Shown here: positions 9,076-17,239 of the stretch, one piece after another
How positions within the stretch are numbered: position 1 is the first letter of the stretch
Layout of the letters: the number at the start of each line of letters is the position of its first letter
DNA from: Bacteroidales bacterium
GTDB lineage: Bacteria; Bacteroidota; Bacteroidia; Bacteroidales; UBA932
Length of the DNA: 64,000 nucleotides
Direction of reading: 5' to 3'
NCBI GenBank assembly: GCA_041668045.1
Contig: JBAYDV010000001.1
Span: 16,997-80,996 of the forward strand
Position numbers and translations under genes: made by a program
Notes under the pieces: generated by a model
Database searches by the model: none
What the model saw: only the letters and a program-made list of their open reading frames with translations
Told to the model about the DNA's origin: nothing

Positions 9076-9948
9076 TTATAATTCTGAAACTGTTGTCTTC
9101 ATTATCTGTATTGTATTTTCTGTAGCTGGGAAAAGAGGTGAACGTAACTCGTTTTCTATTAAACCCATACAAGCCATACCCGCTTTAACAGGAATAGGAT
9201 TACTTTCTATAAAACAGTTCTTAAATAATGGCATTAATTTATAAAATAATTCTCTTGCTTCTTTAATTTCATCTTTTTGTAAAAGAGATGTTAGTGAAGC
9301 CATCAAACTTGGAGCTATATTAGATGCTACACTTATAACACCATCTCCTCCTGTAGCCATTAAAGAAAGGGTATCATCATCATTGCCACTAAGCACAGAA
9401 AAGTCTTTTGGAGCATTTTTAATTATTTCACTTATTTGGGCATAATTTCCTGATGCTTCTTTTATTCCTATAATATTATTATGTTTAGATAATTCTAAAG
9501 TGGTAGAAGCTAACATATTAGAACCTGTTCTACCTGGTACATTATAAATAACTATTGGTTTAGGACTAGCATCTGCTATGGCAGTAAAATGTTTTATCAT
9601 TCCATCTTGAGTAGGTTTATTATAGTAAGGTACCACTATAAGCATGGCATCTGCACCATATTTAGCATATTCTTTTACTGTAGATATTACAGCATTAGTG
9701 TTATTTGATCCAGCACCTACTAATAATGGTAAGCCTTCTGCCCTTTCTTTTGTAATCTTTAGAAGTTTAATTTTTTCTTCTTCTGTCAGACAAGGTGTTT
9801 CGGCTGTAGTCCCAAGTGGAACGAGGAAATTCACACCTTCATTAACCTGTCTTTCTACTAATTTCCCATAGCACTCGTAATCAACTTTATTATTATGAAA
9901 AGGAGTGATAAGTGCTGTACCTACGCCTGTTAACATTTTTTTATTCAT
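9076..9948 (-). CDS. dapA: 4-hydroxy-tetrahydrodipicolinate synthase
   Basis: GVGTALITPF, GTTAE, VVPYYNKPTQ, IYNVPGRTG, and IGIKEASG (Schiff-base Lys). Confidence 0.9.
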   Translation of the reverse strand: MNKKMLTGVGTALITPFHNNKVDYECYGKLVERQVNEGVNFLVPLGTTAETPCLTEEEKIKLLKITKERAEGLPLLVGAGSNNTNAVISTVKEYAKYGADAMLIVVPYYNKPTQDGMIKHFTAIADASPKPIVIYNVPGRTGSNMLASTTLELSKHNNIIGIKEASGNYAQISEIIKNAPKDFSVLSGNDDDTLSLMATGGDGVISVASNIAPSLMASLTSLLQKDEIKEARELFYKLMPLFKNCFIESNPIPVKAGMACMGLIENELRSPLFPATENTIQIMKTTVSEL

Positions 9949-10639
9949 TGTCTATTAATTTCTTAAATTGATCCTCAAGTAAATCTCTAAATTCATGAAC
10001 ACCTTTCATGTTTGATGTCCATAAAGCAGCTTGGATAGCACCACGAGCGAAACCTGCACGTGAAAAAGCTTCATGCTCCATAGTAATTCTATCCACTACA
10101 CTTTCATATCCAAGTGTATGAATACCAGATATTTCCCCACATCTTACTGATTGGATATCAACTGGTTTTTTAAAATTATTTTCTACAATATGTCCAATAG
10201 TTTTAGCTGTCCCACTAGGTGCATCTAATTTATGTATATGATGTTTTTCTATTATATATGGTTGGTACATATCGAAAGAAGATAATAATTTTGAACTAAT
10301 TTCACTTAGTTTAAAAAAGATATTAACTCCTATTGAAAAATTACTTGCATAAATCATAGGTGTCCCTTTTTTAATAAAGTATCCTATAATTTCATCTTTT
10401 ATATCATACCACCCAGTAGTTCCTACTACTACTGCTTTGAATTTATCTGCTATTACTTTATAATTAGATCTGAATGCTGAAGGAGTAGTAAAATCTATAC
10501 ACACACTATCAGAAGCTACTTTTTCATCTATACTAGATATATCTTCTGTAGCTTGCACTAACTCTATGTTAGGCATAGTTGAGATAGCTTTTTCTATCTC
10601 TTTTCCCATTTTACCATAACCACTGATTACGATTTTCAT
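9941..10639 (-). CDS. dapB: 4-hydroxy-tetrahydrodipicolinate reductase
   Basis: N-terminal GYGKMGKEI dinucleotide fold and the signature EKHHIHKLDAPSGTA. Overlaps dapA by 8 nt (ATGAATAA). Confidence 0.9.
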   Translation of the reverse strand: MKIVISGYGKMGKEIEKAISTMPNIELVQATEDISSIDEKVASDSVCIDFTTPSAFRSNYKVIADKFKAVVVGTTGWYDIKDEIIGYFIKKGTPMIYASNFSIGVNIFFKLSEISSKLLSSFDMYQPYIIEKHHIHKLDAPSGTAKTIGHIVENNFKKPVDIQSVRCGEISGIHTLGYESVVDRITMEHEAFSRAGFARGAIQAALWTSNMKGVHEFRDLLEDQFKKLIDNE

Positions 10640-10653
10640 ATGATACCTCTCTT

Positions 10654-11997
10654 TTATTTTTTATCGAAGAATTCGTTATGAAGACTCTGAATTACATTGT
10701 TCAATTTACTTCTTTCTGTCACAAAACTTACATTGATGGATGATGCTCCTGCAGATATCATACTGATATTATATTCTGAAAGACATCCAAATATTCTGGA
10801 ACAAATTTCTTTAACAGTAAATATTTCTTTTCCTACTACAGATACTTGAGCTTTATCTTTTTCCACATTTACTACTGCGAATTGAGATAATTCATCAATT
10901 ACTGATGTCCAATTTTCTCCACTATCTATGGTAACTGAAACATTCGCTTCTGATGTACTTATCAAATCTACTGAAACTCCTTTAGAATTAAAAATTTCGA
11001 AGATTTTATTTAAAAACCCGAACGTGTTTATCATCTTAGGTGTGAAAATATTGACTACTACTATATTTTCTTTACAAGATATGGATTTTACTCCAGCTTT
11101 AATATTTTCGCCTGGTAATATTAATGTTCCTTCTAAGTCAGGCTTAAGAGAATTCATTACCCTTACTGGAATATTTTTCATTAAAGCGGGTTGTATGGTA
11201 AGCGGGTGCAATACCTTAGCTCCAAGTTGAGCCATTTCTGCAGCTTCTTCGAAAGATATAGATTTAATGCTATGAGTTTTACTAACTCTTCTTGGGTCTG
11301 TAGTATGTACCCCATCTACATCTGTCCATATTTCTATCTCATCTGCATTTATTGCCATACCTAATAATGAAGCAGTATAATCTGAGCCTCCTCGGCCTAG
11401 GACTGTAATTTCATGGTTTTCTGATGCAGACTGAAATCCCTGAGTTATTACAGCATCATGATTTTTAAGTGCCTTACCGATAATATCAGGAGCTTGTTTT
11501 TGAATAGCATCAAAATTTGGCTCGGCTTTTAAGTAGTTTTGATCAGTAATAATTAACTTTTTAGAGTCAATTAATGATGTTTTAACACCAGCTGCATTTA
11601 ATGCTAGAGATATCACATTAGATGATAGTATCTCTCCTGTTGATATTATGCGAGCTTTACTTCTTTCTGATAATTCTCCTAGTACACTTACTATTCTTAC
11701 AAGTTCTTTTAAATCTTGACATATAGATAAAACTTGTTGTGTGTTTTTCACAGCAAGTTCTTTACACATTTCTAAATGTCTTTTTTCTATATGATCTATA
11801 ATTTCTTTAGCTTGTGGATAAAAGCCATCAATAGCTAAATTAGATATCTCATATAAGTCATTAGTAACTCCTGAAAGAGCAGAGACTACAATTATGGGAG
11901 TTAAAGACTGTTCTAACTTTCCTTTTACTATATTGATAAGTCTTTCGACTGCTTCAGCATTTTGAACGGAGGTACCTCCGAATTTCATTACTCTCAT
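10654..11997 (-). CDS. lysC: Aspartate kinase
   Basis: MKFGGTSV, GRGGSDYTA, TDVDGVHTTDPR, and a C-terminal ACT-domain pair. Confidence 0.9.
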   Translation of the reverse strand: MRVMKFGGTSVQNAEAVERLINIVKGKLEQSLTPIIVVSALSGVTNDLYEISNLAIDGFYPQAKEIIDHIEKRHLEMCKELAVKNTQQVLSICQDLKELVRIVSVLGELSERSKARIISTGEILSSNVISLALNAAGVKTSLIDSKKLIITDQNYLKAEPNFDAIQKQAPDIIGKALKNHDAVITQGFQSASENHEITVLGRGGSDYTASLLGMAINADEIEIWTDVDGVHTTDPRRVSKTHSIKSISFEEAAEMAQLGAKVLHPLTIQPALMKNIPVRVMNSLKPDLEGTLILPGENIKAGVKSISCKENIVVVNIFTPKMINTFGFLNKIFEIFNSKGVSVDLISTSEANVSVTIDSGENWTSVIDELSQFAVVNVEKDKAQVSVVGKEIFTVKEICSRIFGCLSEYNISMISAGASSINVSFVTERSKLNNVIQSLHNEFFDKK

Positions 11998-12020
11998 AGT
12001 TTCTATTTTAAAGAAGATTA

Positions 12021-13064
12021 TTATTTGATAAATCCACCTTTAACAAGGTATTCTGCATTTAAAATAGCTGCTCCTGCTGCTCCACGAATAGTATTGTGTC
12101 CGAATGCTGTTAGTTTCCAGTCAAGTACTCCACATTCGCGTACTCTACCTACTGTAACTGTCATTCCGTGTCCTCTATTTACATCTAGAAGTGGCTGAGG
12201 ACGAGCAGGGTCTTCATTATATACTAGCACATAGTCAGGCGAGAAGTTTAATCCCAAATCAGGATAAGTGTTTTTAAGAGCTTCTATTATTTCTTCTTTG
12301 CTTGCTTTTGTTTCTGTCTCGAAAGAAGCAGAAACAGTGTGTCCGTCTCTTACTGGTACTCTGTTGCAAGAAGCTGACATCTTAAATGACGCAGGGTCTA
12401 TTTGAGAATTACCCATTGCCCCGAAAATTTTGTACATTTCTGACTCCATTTTCGCTTCTTCTCCTGAGATATATGGCACTACATTTCCCATTATGTCCAT
12501 AGATGGCACACCAGGGTATCCTGCACCTGATATTGCTTGCATCGTAGTGCAAATTATTTTCTTTAGTCCAAAGTTTTTGAAAATAGGATACATAGCTACG
12601 GCTAATACTATTGTCGAGCAATTAGGATTGGTAACTATGAAACCTCCATTTTTAGAATAAGATTCTTGTTGTTTTAGCAATTCACAGTGTGCACTGTTTA
12701 TTTCAGGAATAACTAATGGGACGTTTTGGTCCATTCTGTGATTTTTCGAATTGCTGACTACAGCATAGCCTTTGGAAGCATAAAAAGATTCAATTTCTCC
12801 TGCGACAGAAGCATCAAGCCCTGAGAATAATATCTTCGCATCAAGATCTTCATGGCATGATTTGATAATTATATTTTTAACTTTTTCCGGCATTAAGTTA
12901 GATTCTCTCCAACTGCATCTGTCTGCATATTTATTTCCTGCAGATTTTTCAGAAGCTGCTAGTTCTGTAATTTCGAAAAAAGGGTGGTCTCCTAATAATG
13001 AGACTAGTTTCTGGCCTACGGCTCCGGTACATCCTAATATACCTACTTTAATTTTTTTAATCAT
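12021..13064 (-). CDS. asd: Aspartate-semialdehyde dehydrogenase
   Basis: GILGCTGAVGQ NAD(P) fold, active-site NPNCSTI cysteine, GHNTIRGAAG histidine region. Confidence 0.9.
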   Translation of the reverse strand: MIKKIKVGILGCTGAVGQKLVSLLGDHPFFEITELAASEKSAGNKYADRCSWRESNLMPEKVKNIIIKSCHEDLDAKILFSGLDASVAGEIESFYASKGYAVVSNSKNHRMDQNVPLVIPEINSAHCELLKQQESYSKNGGFIVTNPNCSTIVLAVAMYPIFKNFGLKKIICTTMQAISGAGYPGVPSMDIMGNVVPYISGEEAKMESEMYKIFGAMGNSQIDPASFKMSASCNRVPVRDGHTVSASFETETKASKEEIIEALKNTYPDLGLNFSPDYVLVYNEDPARPQPLLDVNRGHGMTVTVGRVRECGVLDWKLTAFGHNTIRGAAGAAILNAEYLVKGGFIK

Positions 13065-14188
13065 AATATTGTAATTTTTTTTAGTTCTATCGCTGTATAA
13101 ATTTTATGGTAATCTCGTATAGCTTTTAAAATGTCAGAAAGAAGTACGTATTCTTGTTTCTGGTGTGCTACTCTGATAGTTCCTGGACCATAAAGCAATT
13201 TGTTTTTATAGTTAGTTAATCTTGGAGCATCACTTCCAAATGATACTACATCTATAGGAATTTCGTTTTCTTTTATAATTTCTTCTGGAATGAAAAAGCT
13301 TATAGGGACATCCCCTCCTTTATCTTCTATAGTAGTCAAATTATCATTATAAGACATCATTAAGTCTTTTACATAATTTCTCGAGGCTGTAGTATTTCTA
13401 AAATAACATCTACAAGTTACTAAATCACTTATAATATTTTGAGGATTATCACTCCTGAGCATTCCAAAATTATATGTTGTTTCTCCACAAACTTCATCTT
13501 TAGGAAACTTATGTTGTGCAAGGTCTGAAGCCAGATTAATAAATCTATTAATCGCGCTTATTCCTAACTTGGGATATCCAGAATGAGCTTTCTTTCCATT
13601 AACAGTTATTAAAAAACTATCTGTACCTTTCGCTGCCTTAATAATTTTATTTTCTGTCGGTTCACCTACTATTACAAATTCTCCACCAGCATGCGTTGCC
13701 GCGAAATGTTGTGCTCCATGAGATCCAGTTTCTTCACCTGACAGTAGTAAAAGAGCGAAGTCATTTTTACCTTCATATTGCAATTCTAAACAAGTATAGA
13801 GTAAGGATATAAGCTGTCCTTTGGCATCACATGTTCCTCTTCCCTTAAATTTTATATCATAGTCTGGAATAATCTCTTCTCCATCTATTTTTAGACCTAA
13901 TGATAATTTGCCAGGTATTTTTTCTGTGGTCGTTTTAATATAAGGAGGCACTGTATCCTGATGAGTACAAAAGGTAACAAAAGGTTTTCCCCATGAAAAA
14001 AGTAAATTTTCTGTACCATCTCCCACATCAAATCTAGAAAGCTCACATGTTTTTCCACGTGTGTTTGAAGATAATTCTATAATTTTCGTCGCGAGATAAT
14101 CAGATAATTTTTTTTCTTTTCCTGAAGTTGAATCAATATCCAGTATTTCTAAAAAATTAGAGACGAAAGTTTTAACTTTTTCATTCAT
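13061..14188 (-). CDS. M20-family metallopeptidase/deacylase (ArgE/DapE family). Candidate succinyl-diaminopimelate desuccinylase by context.
   Basis: HQDTVP, GRGTCDAKG, LSGEETGS and GEPT metal-ligand motifs. The ORF-track start (14239) is a TTG. The first ATG (14188, MNEKVKTF) lies 17 nt after the DPP4 stop. The stop overlaps the asd start (ATGA). Confidence 0.7.
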   Translation of the reverse strand: MNEKVKTFVSNFLEILDIDSTSGKEKKLSDYLATKIIELSSNTRGKTCELSRFDVGDGTENLLFSWGKPFVTFCTHQDTVPPYIKTTTEKIPGKLSLGLKIDGEEIIPDYDIKFKGRGTCDAKGQLISLLYTCLELQYEGKNDFALLLLSGEETGSHGAQHFAATHAGGEFVIVGEPTENKIIKAAKGTDSFLITVNGKKAHSGYPKLGISAINRFINLASDLAQHKFPKDEVCGETTYNFGMLRSDNPQNIISDLVTCRCYFRNTTASRNYVKDLMMSYNDNLTTIEDKGGDVPISFFIPEEIIKENEIPIDVVSFGSDAPRLTNYKNKLLYGPGTIRVAHQKQEYVLLSDILKAIRDYHKIYTAIELKKITIL

Positions 14189-14205
14189 ATTAAATATTTT
14201 AATTT

Positions 14206-16443
14206 TTATTCTCCGCCAGCTTGCAAATGTCTTAACCAAAACCTATCCATAGTTTCATACAAATGACGTCTAGTATTGGCGCCAAGATATATACTATGAG
14301 TTCTATTAGGATATATCATAAGATTAAACATTTTATTACACTGAATGAGTTTATTAATTAATAGTTCACAGTTCTGATAATGTACATTATCATCTCCTGT
14401 CCCGTGTATTATTAATAAATCTCCTTTCAAATTTTGAACGAAATTTATTGGCGAACCATTATAAAAACCTAAAGAATCTGTAGAGGGTAATCCCATATAT
14501 CTTTCCTGATAAACAGTATCATACAATTTCTGATTCACCACTGATGCCACAGCTATACCTGTTTTATAAATATCTGGATATTTAAACATAGCATGAAGTG
14601 TTGAAGCTCCTCCTCCACTCCATCCCCAAATACCTATTCTATCTTTATCTACAAATTTATAAGTTTTACATATTTTCTTCACAGCTGCTGCATGATCTGC
14701 AGGCCCTATAGTACCCACTTTTTCATAAACACATTTTCTCCATTCTCTTCCTTTAGGCATATTAGTTCCTCGTGGGTCGACACTCATAACGATATATCCT
14801 TGTTCTGCCAAGAAATGATGCCATAAATCTCCTCCTTTCCAAGTATTCATAACAGTCGAAGAAGCAGGCTCTCCATATATTTGAAATATAACTGGATATT
14901 TTTTATTAGGATCGAATTTTTCAGGTTTAATCATCCATCCATCAAGTGTAGCAACACCTATATTCACTTTAAAAAACTCTTTCTGGTTTAATTCTAAAGC
15001 ATCATACTTAGCTTTCAAAGTATGATTATCTTCAAGCACCATGATTGTTTTATGATCTGGCAGAGACACTATATCATAATACGAAGGAGTAGAGGCATTA
15101 TTAAATTCATGCACTGCATATTTTGCATCTGATGTTAACTGATACAGATGCGTACCTTCTTCTCCTTTAGGGGTAACTCTTTCTGCTTCGCCATTGCCAT
15201 TTAATTTACTTCTATACAGATACTGGTCTATCGCACTATAAGGTGAAGCTAGATAATACACATATCCTCCTTTCTCGTCGATACAAACTATTTTTATAAC
15301 ATCGAACTCACCTTTAGTAATAAGTTTTTCTTTACTTCCATCTCTTTTGACTTTATATAGATGACGCCAACCATCCTTCTCACTAGTCCAAGTGAAATAT
15401 TTTTCTTTATCTAACCAAACTATATTATCATGAATATCTAAGAAAGCCTCATCAGTTTCTGTTAAGATATTAGTAAACTCCATAGTATTCGCATCAGCTA
15501 TAAAGACTTTATTAGTATTCTGCAACCTATTAAGCTGTTGAATCATAAGCTTATTAGAATTTGGTATAAAATCCATTCTAGCTAAATAATGATTTCTCGG
15601 ATCTCCTGGGATTTTAAACCATTTACTCTTACCCGTGGCAATGTTTACAACACCAACCTTTACTGCAGAATTTGTAGTACCTACCTTTGGATAAGGGAAA
15701 GGGTGAATTTTAGAGTATATGGAATCAGTGTAATTAATTATATCAAATACCCCTGTACCTTCTGTATCACTATGCCAATATGCTATCGTTTTACCATCCG
15801 GACTCCATCTAAACCCATCTCTATCATCTAATTCTTCCTCATAAACCCAATCAAAAGTACCATTAATAACTGATTCGCTACCATCGCTCGTTAACTGTTT
15901 AATGCTAGATGTTGATAAATCTTCGACATAAATATTGTTTTTAGAAACATAAGCTACTTTATCTCCAGAAGGAGAAAACTTAGCAAACATAAGACTAGAT
16001 ACTTCAAGCTTCTTCCCTAATTGAATTAATTCTCCAGTTTTAGTATTTAAAACCCAATAATCTCCTCTTGTATGATATCTCCATACTCTACGAGTATTAG
16101 TAAAAATTAAAATTTTGGAATCATCATCAGACCAACTATAATCATACACAAACAAAGGTTTTTTCTTACCTTCAGGTATCAATTCAGAAGCATCAACTAA
16201 AATCTGTTTAGAATTATCTTTTACATTATATTTTACTATATCATATCCTAAACCTTTAGAGTTTATTTCTAATGTAGAATAAGATATATTATCTTTCATC
16301 CATCTGAGATTTGCTACTCCTTTACTTGAATATTTACTTGAATTAAATATATCATTAAGAGTTAATTTATTCTGAGCGGAACTTGATATCAGACTTATAC
16401 AGCTAAAGACTAAAAGTGAGATAAAATAAATGTTTTTTTTCAT
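14206..16443 (-). CDS. S9-family dipeptidyl-peptidase IV-like serine peptidase
   Basis: Signal peptide and an N-terminal beta-propeller region (WSPDGKTIAY). The C-terminal alpha/beta hydrolase part carries IGIWGWSGGG (nucleophile elbow), GTGDDNVH (Asp) and PNRTHSI (His). Confidence 0.85.
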   Translation of the reverse strand: MKKNIYFISLLVFSCISLISSSAQNKLTLNDIFNSSKYSSKGVANLRWMKDNISYSTLEINSKGLGYDIVKYNVKDNSKQILVDASELIPEGKKKPLFVYDYSWSDDDSKILIFTNTRRVWRYHTRGDYWVLNTKTGELIQLGKKLEVSSLMFAKFSPSGDKVAYVSKNNIYVEDLSTSSIKQLTSDGSESVINGTFDWVYEEELDDRDGFRWSPDGKTIAYWHSDTEGTGVFDIINYTDSIYSKIHPFPYPKVGTTNSAVKVGVVNIATGKSKWFKIPGDPRNHYLARMDFIPNSNKLMIQQLNRLQNTNKVFIADANTMEFTNILTETDEAFLDIHDNIVWLDKEKYFTWTSEKDGWRHLYKVKRDGSKEKLITKGEFDVIKIVCIDEKGGYVYYLASPYSAIDQYLYRSKLNGNGEAERVTPKGEEGTHLYQLTSDAKYAVHEFNNASTPSYYDIVSLPDHKTIMVLEDNHTLKAKYDALELNQKEFFKVNIGVATLDGWMIKPEKFDPNKKYPVIFQIYGEPASSTVMNTWKGGDLWHHFLAEQGYIVMSVDPRGTNMPKGREWRKCVYEKVGTIGPADHAAAVKKICKTYKFVDKDRIGIWGWSGGGASTLHAMFKYPDIYKTGIAVASVVNQKLYDTVYQERYMGLPSTDSLGFYNGSPINFVQNLKGDLLIIHGTGDDNVHYQNCELLINKLIQCNKMFNLMIYPNRTHSIYLGANTRRHLYETMDRFWLRHLQAGGE

Positions 16444-16472
16444 GCTAATTCTTCAAACTTAATATTAAGTTA

Positions 16473-16480
16473 CAAATATA
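16473..16480 (-). promoter_or_regulatory. Candidate -7 promoter box (TATATTTG on the minus strand) for the DPP4/lysine gene block
   Basis: The plus strand reads CAAATATA, 30 nt upstream of ATG 16443. No -33 element is seen. Confidence 0.35.
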
Positions 16481-16537
16481 CTTAAAATGAAAATTATATT
16501 TAACATATAATAACATTAAATATCAAAAAAAAGTATT

Positions 16538-17230
16538 TTACCCGAAAATTTTATTATTATTCTCTACTAGATTAGCTATAAACTTATCATCTCTACGTTT
16601 AATCCTTACATCTGTAATTTTTTTTAATTGAGATAATGAATGTAAATCAGATCCTATAAAATCGTACATTCCATTTTTCTTAAGATACTTAAGAATCTTC
16701 ATTGATTCTTTTCCATAGATACCTATATATGACAGAGCGTTCATTTGCAATAGGCAGCCCATATCCTTTACTTTATCGTAAAATTTTAAATCCTGATATT
16801 GATATAAATATCGCTCAGGATGCGCTAATATAGGCTTATAATCATTTAATACAAGATTAAAAATAGTATCTAAAATATTATTAGATTTATAGTAATATGA
16901 CATCTCTATAAGAACATATTTATCTGAACCATTAAAGGTTAATTTTGGAAGAAAATTCTCAAAATCCTCTACCACCATATATTCTGCAGCTAATCTGACG
17001 TCAATATCTACAGCTGGAAGTATCGTCTTTTTAAATTCATTAAAATGTTCAATAATAATATTTTCATTGCTATTAGGATATACATCTGGATTAAGGTGTG
17101 GCGTTAAAAACAACTTTTTCACACCCATCTCTTGCATTTTTTTTAACGCACTGATTGAATCTTCAGCTTTCCTGAAACCGTCATCTACGCCAAAAAGAAT
17201 ATGAGAATGTATATCATTTTTTAATATCAT
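16538..17230 (-). CDS. PHP-domain (CpsB/CapC-type) protein-tyrosine phosphatase
   Basis: N-terminal HSHILFGVDDG metal-binding motif, AHPERY, GSDLHS. About 230 aa, typical of CpsB. Confidence 0.8.
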   Translation of the reverse strand: MILKNDIHSHILFGVDDGFRKAEDSISALKKMQEMGVKKLFLTPHLNPDVYPNSNENIIIEHFNEFKKTILPAVDIDVRLAAEYMVVEDFENFLPKLTFNGSDKYVLIEMSYYYKSNNILDTIFNLVLNDYKPILAHPERYLYQYQDLKFYDKVKDMGCLLQMNALSYIGIYGKESMKILKYLKKNGMYDFIGSDLHSLSQLKKITDVRIKRRDDKFIANLVENNNKIFG

Positions 17231-17239
17231 TTTATACTA

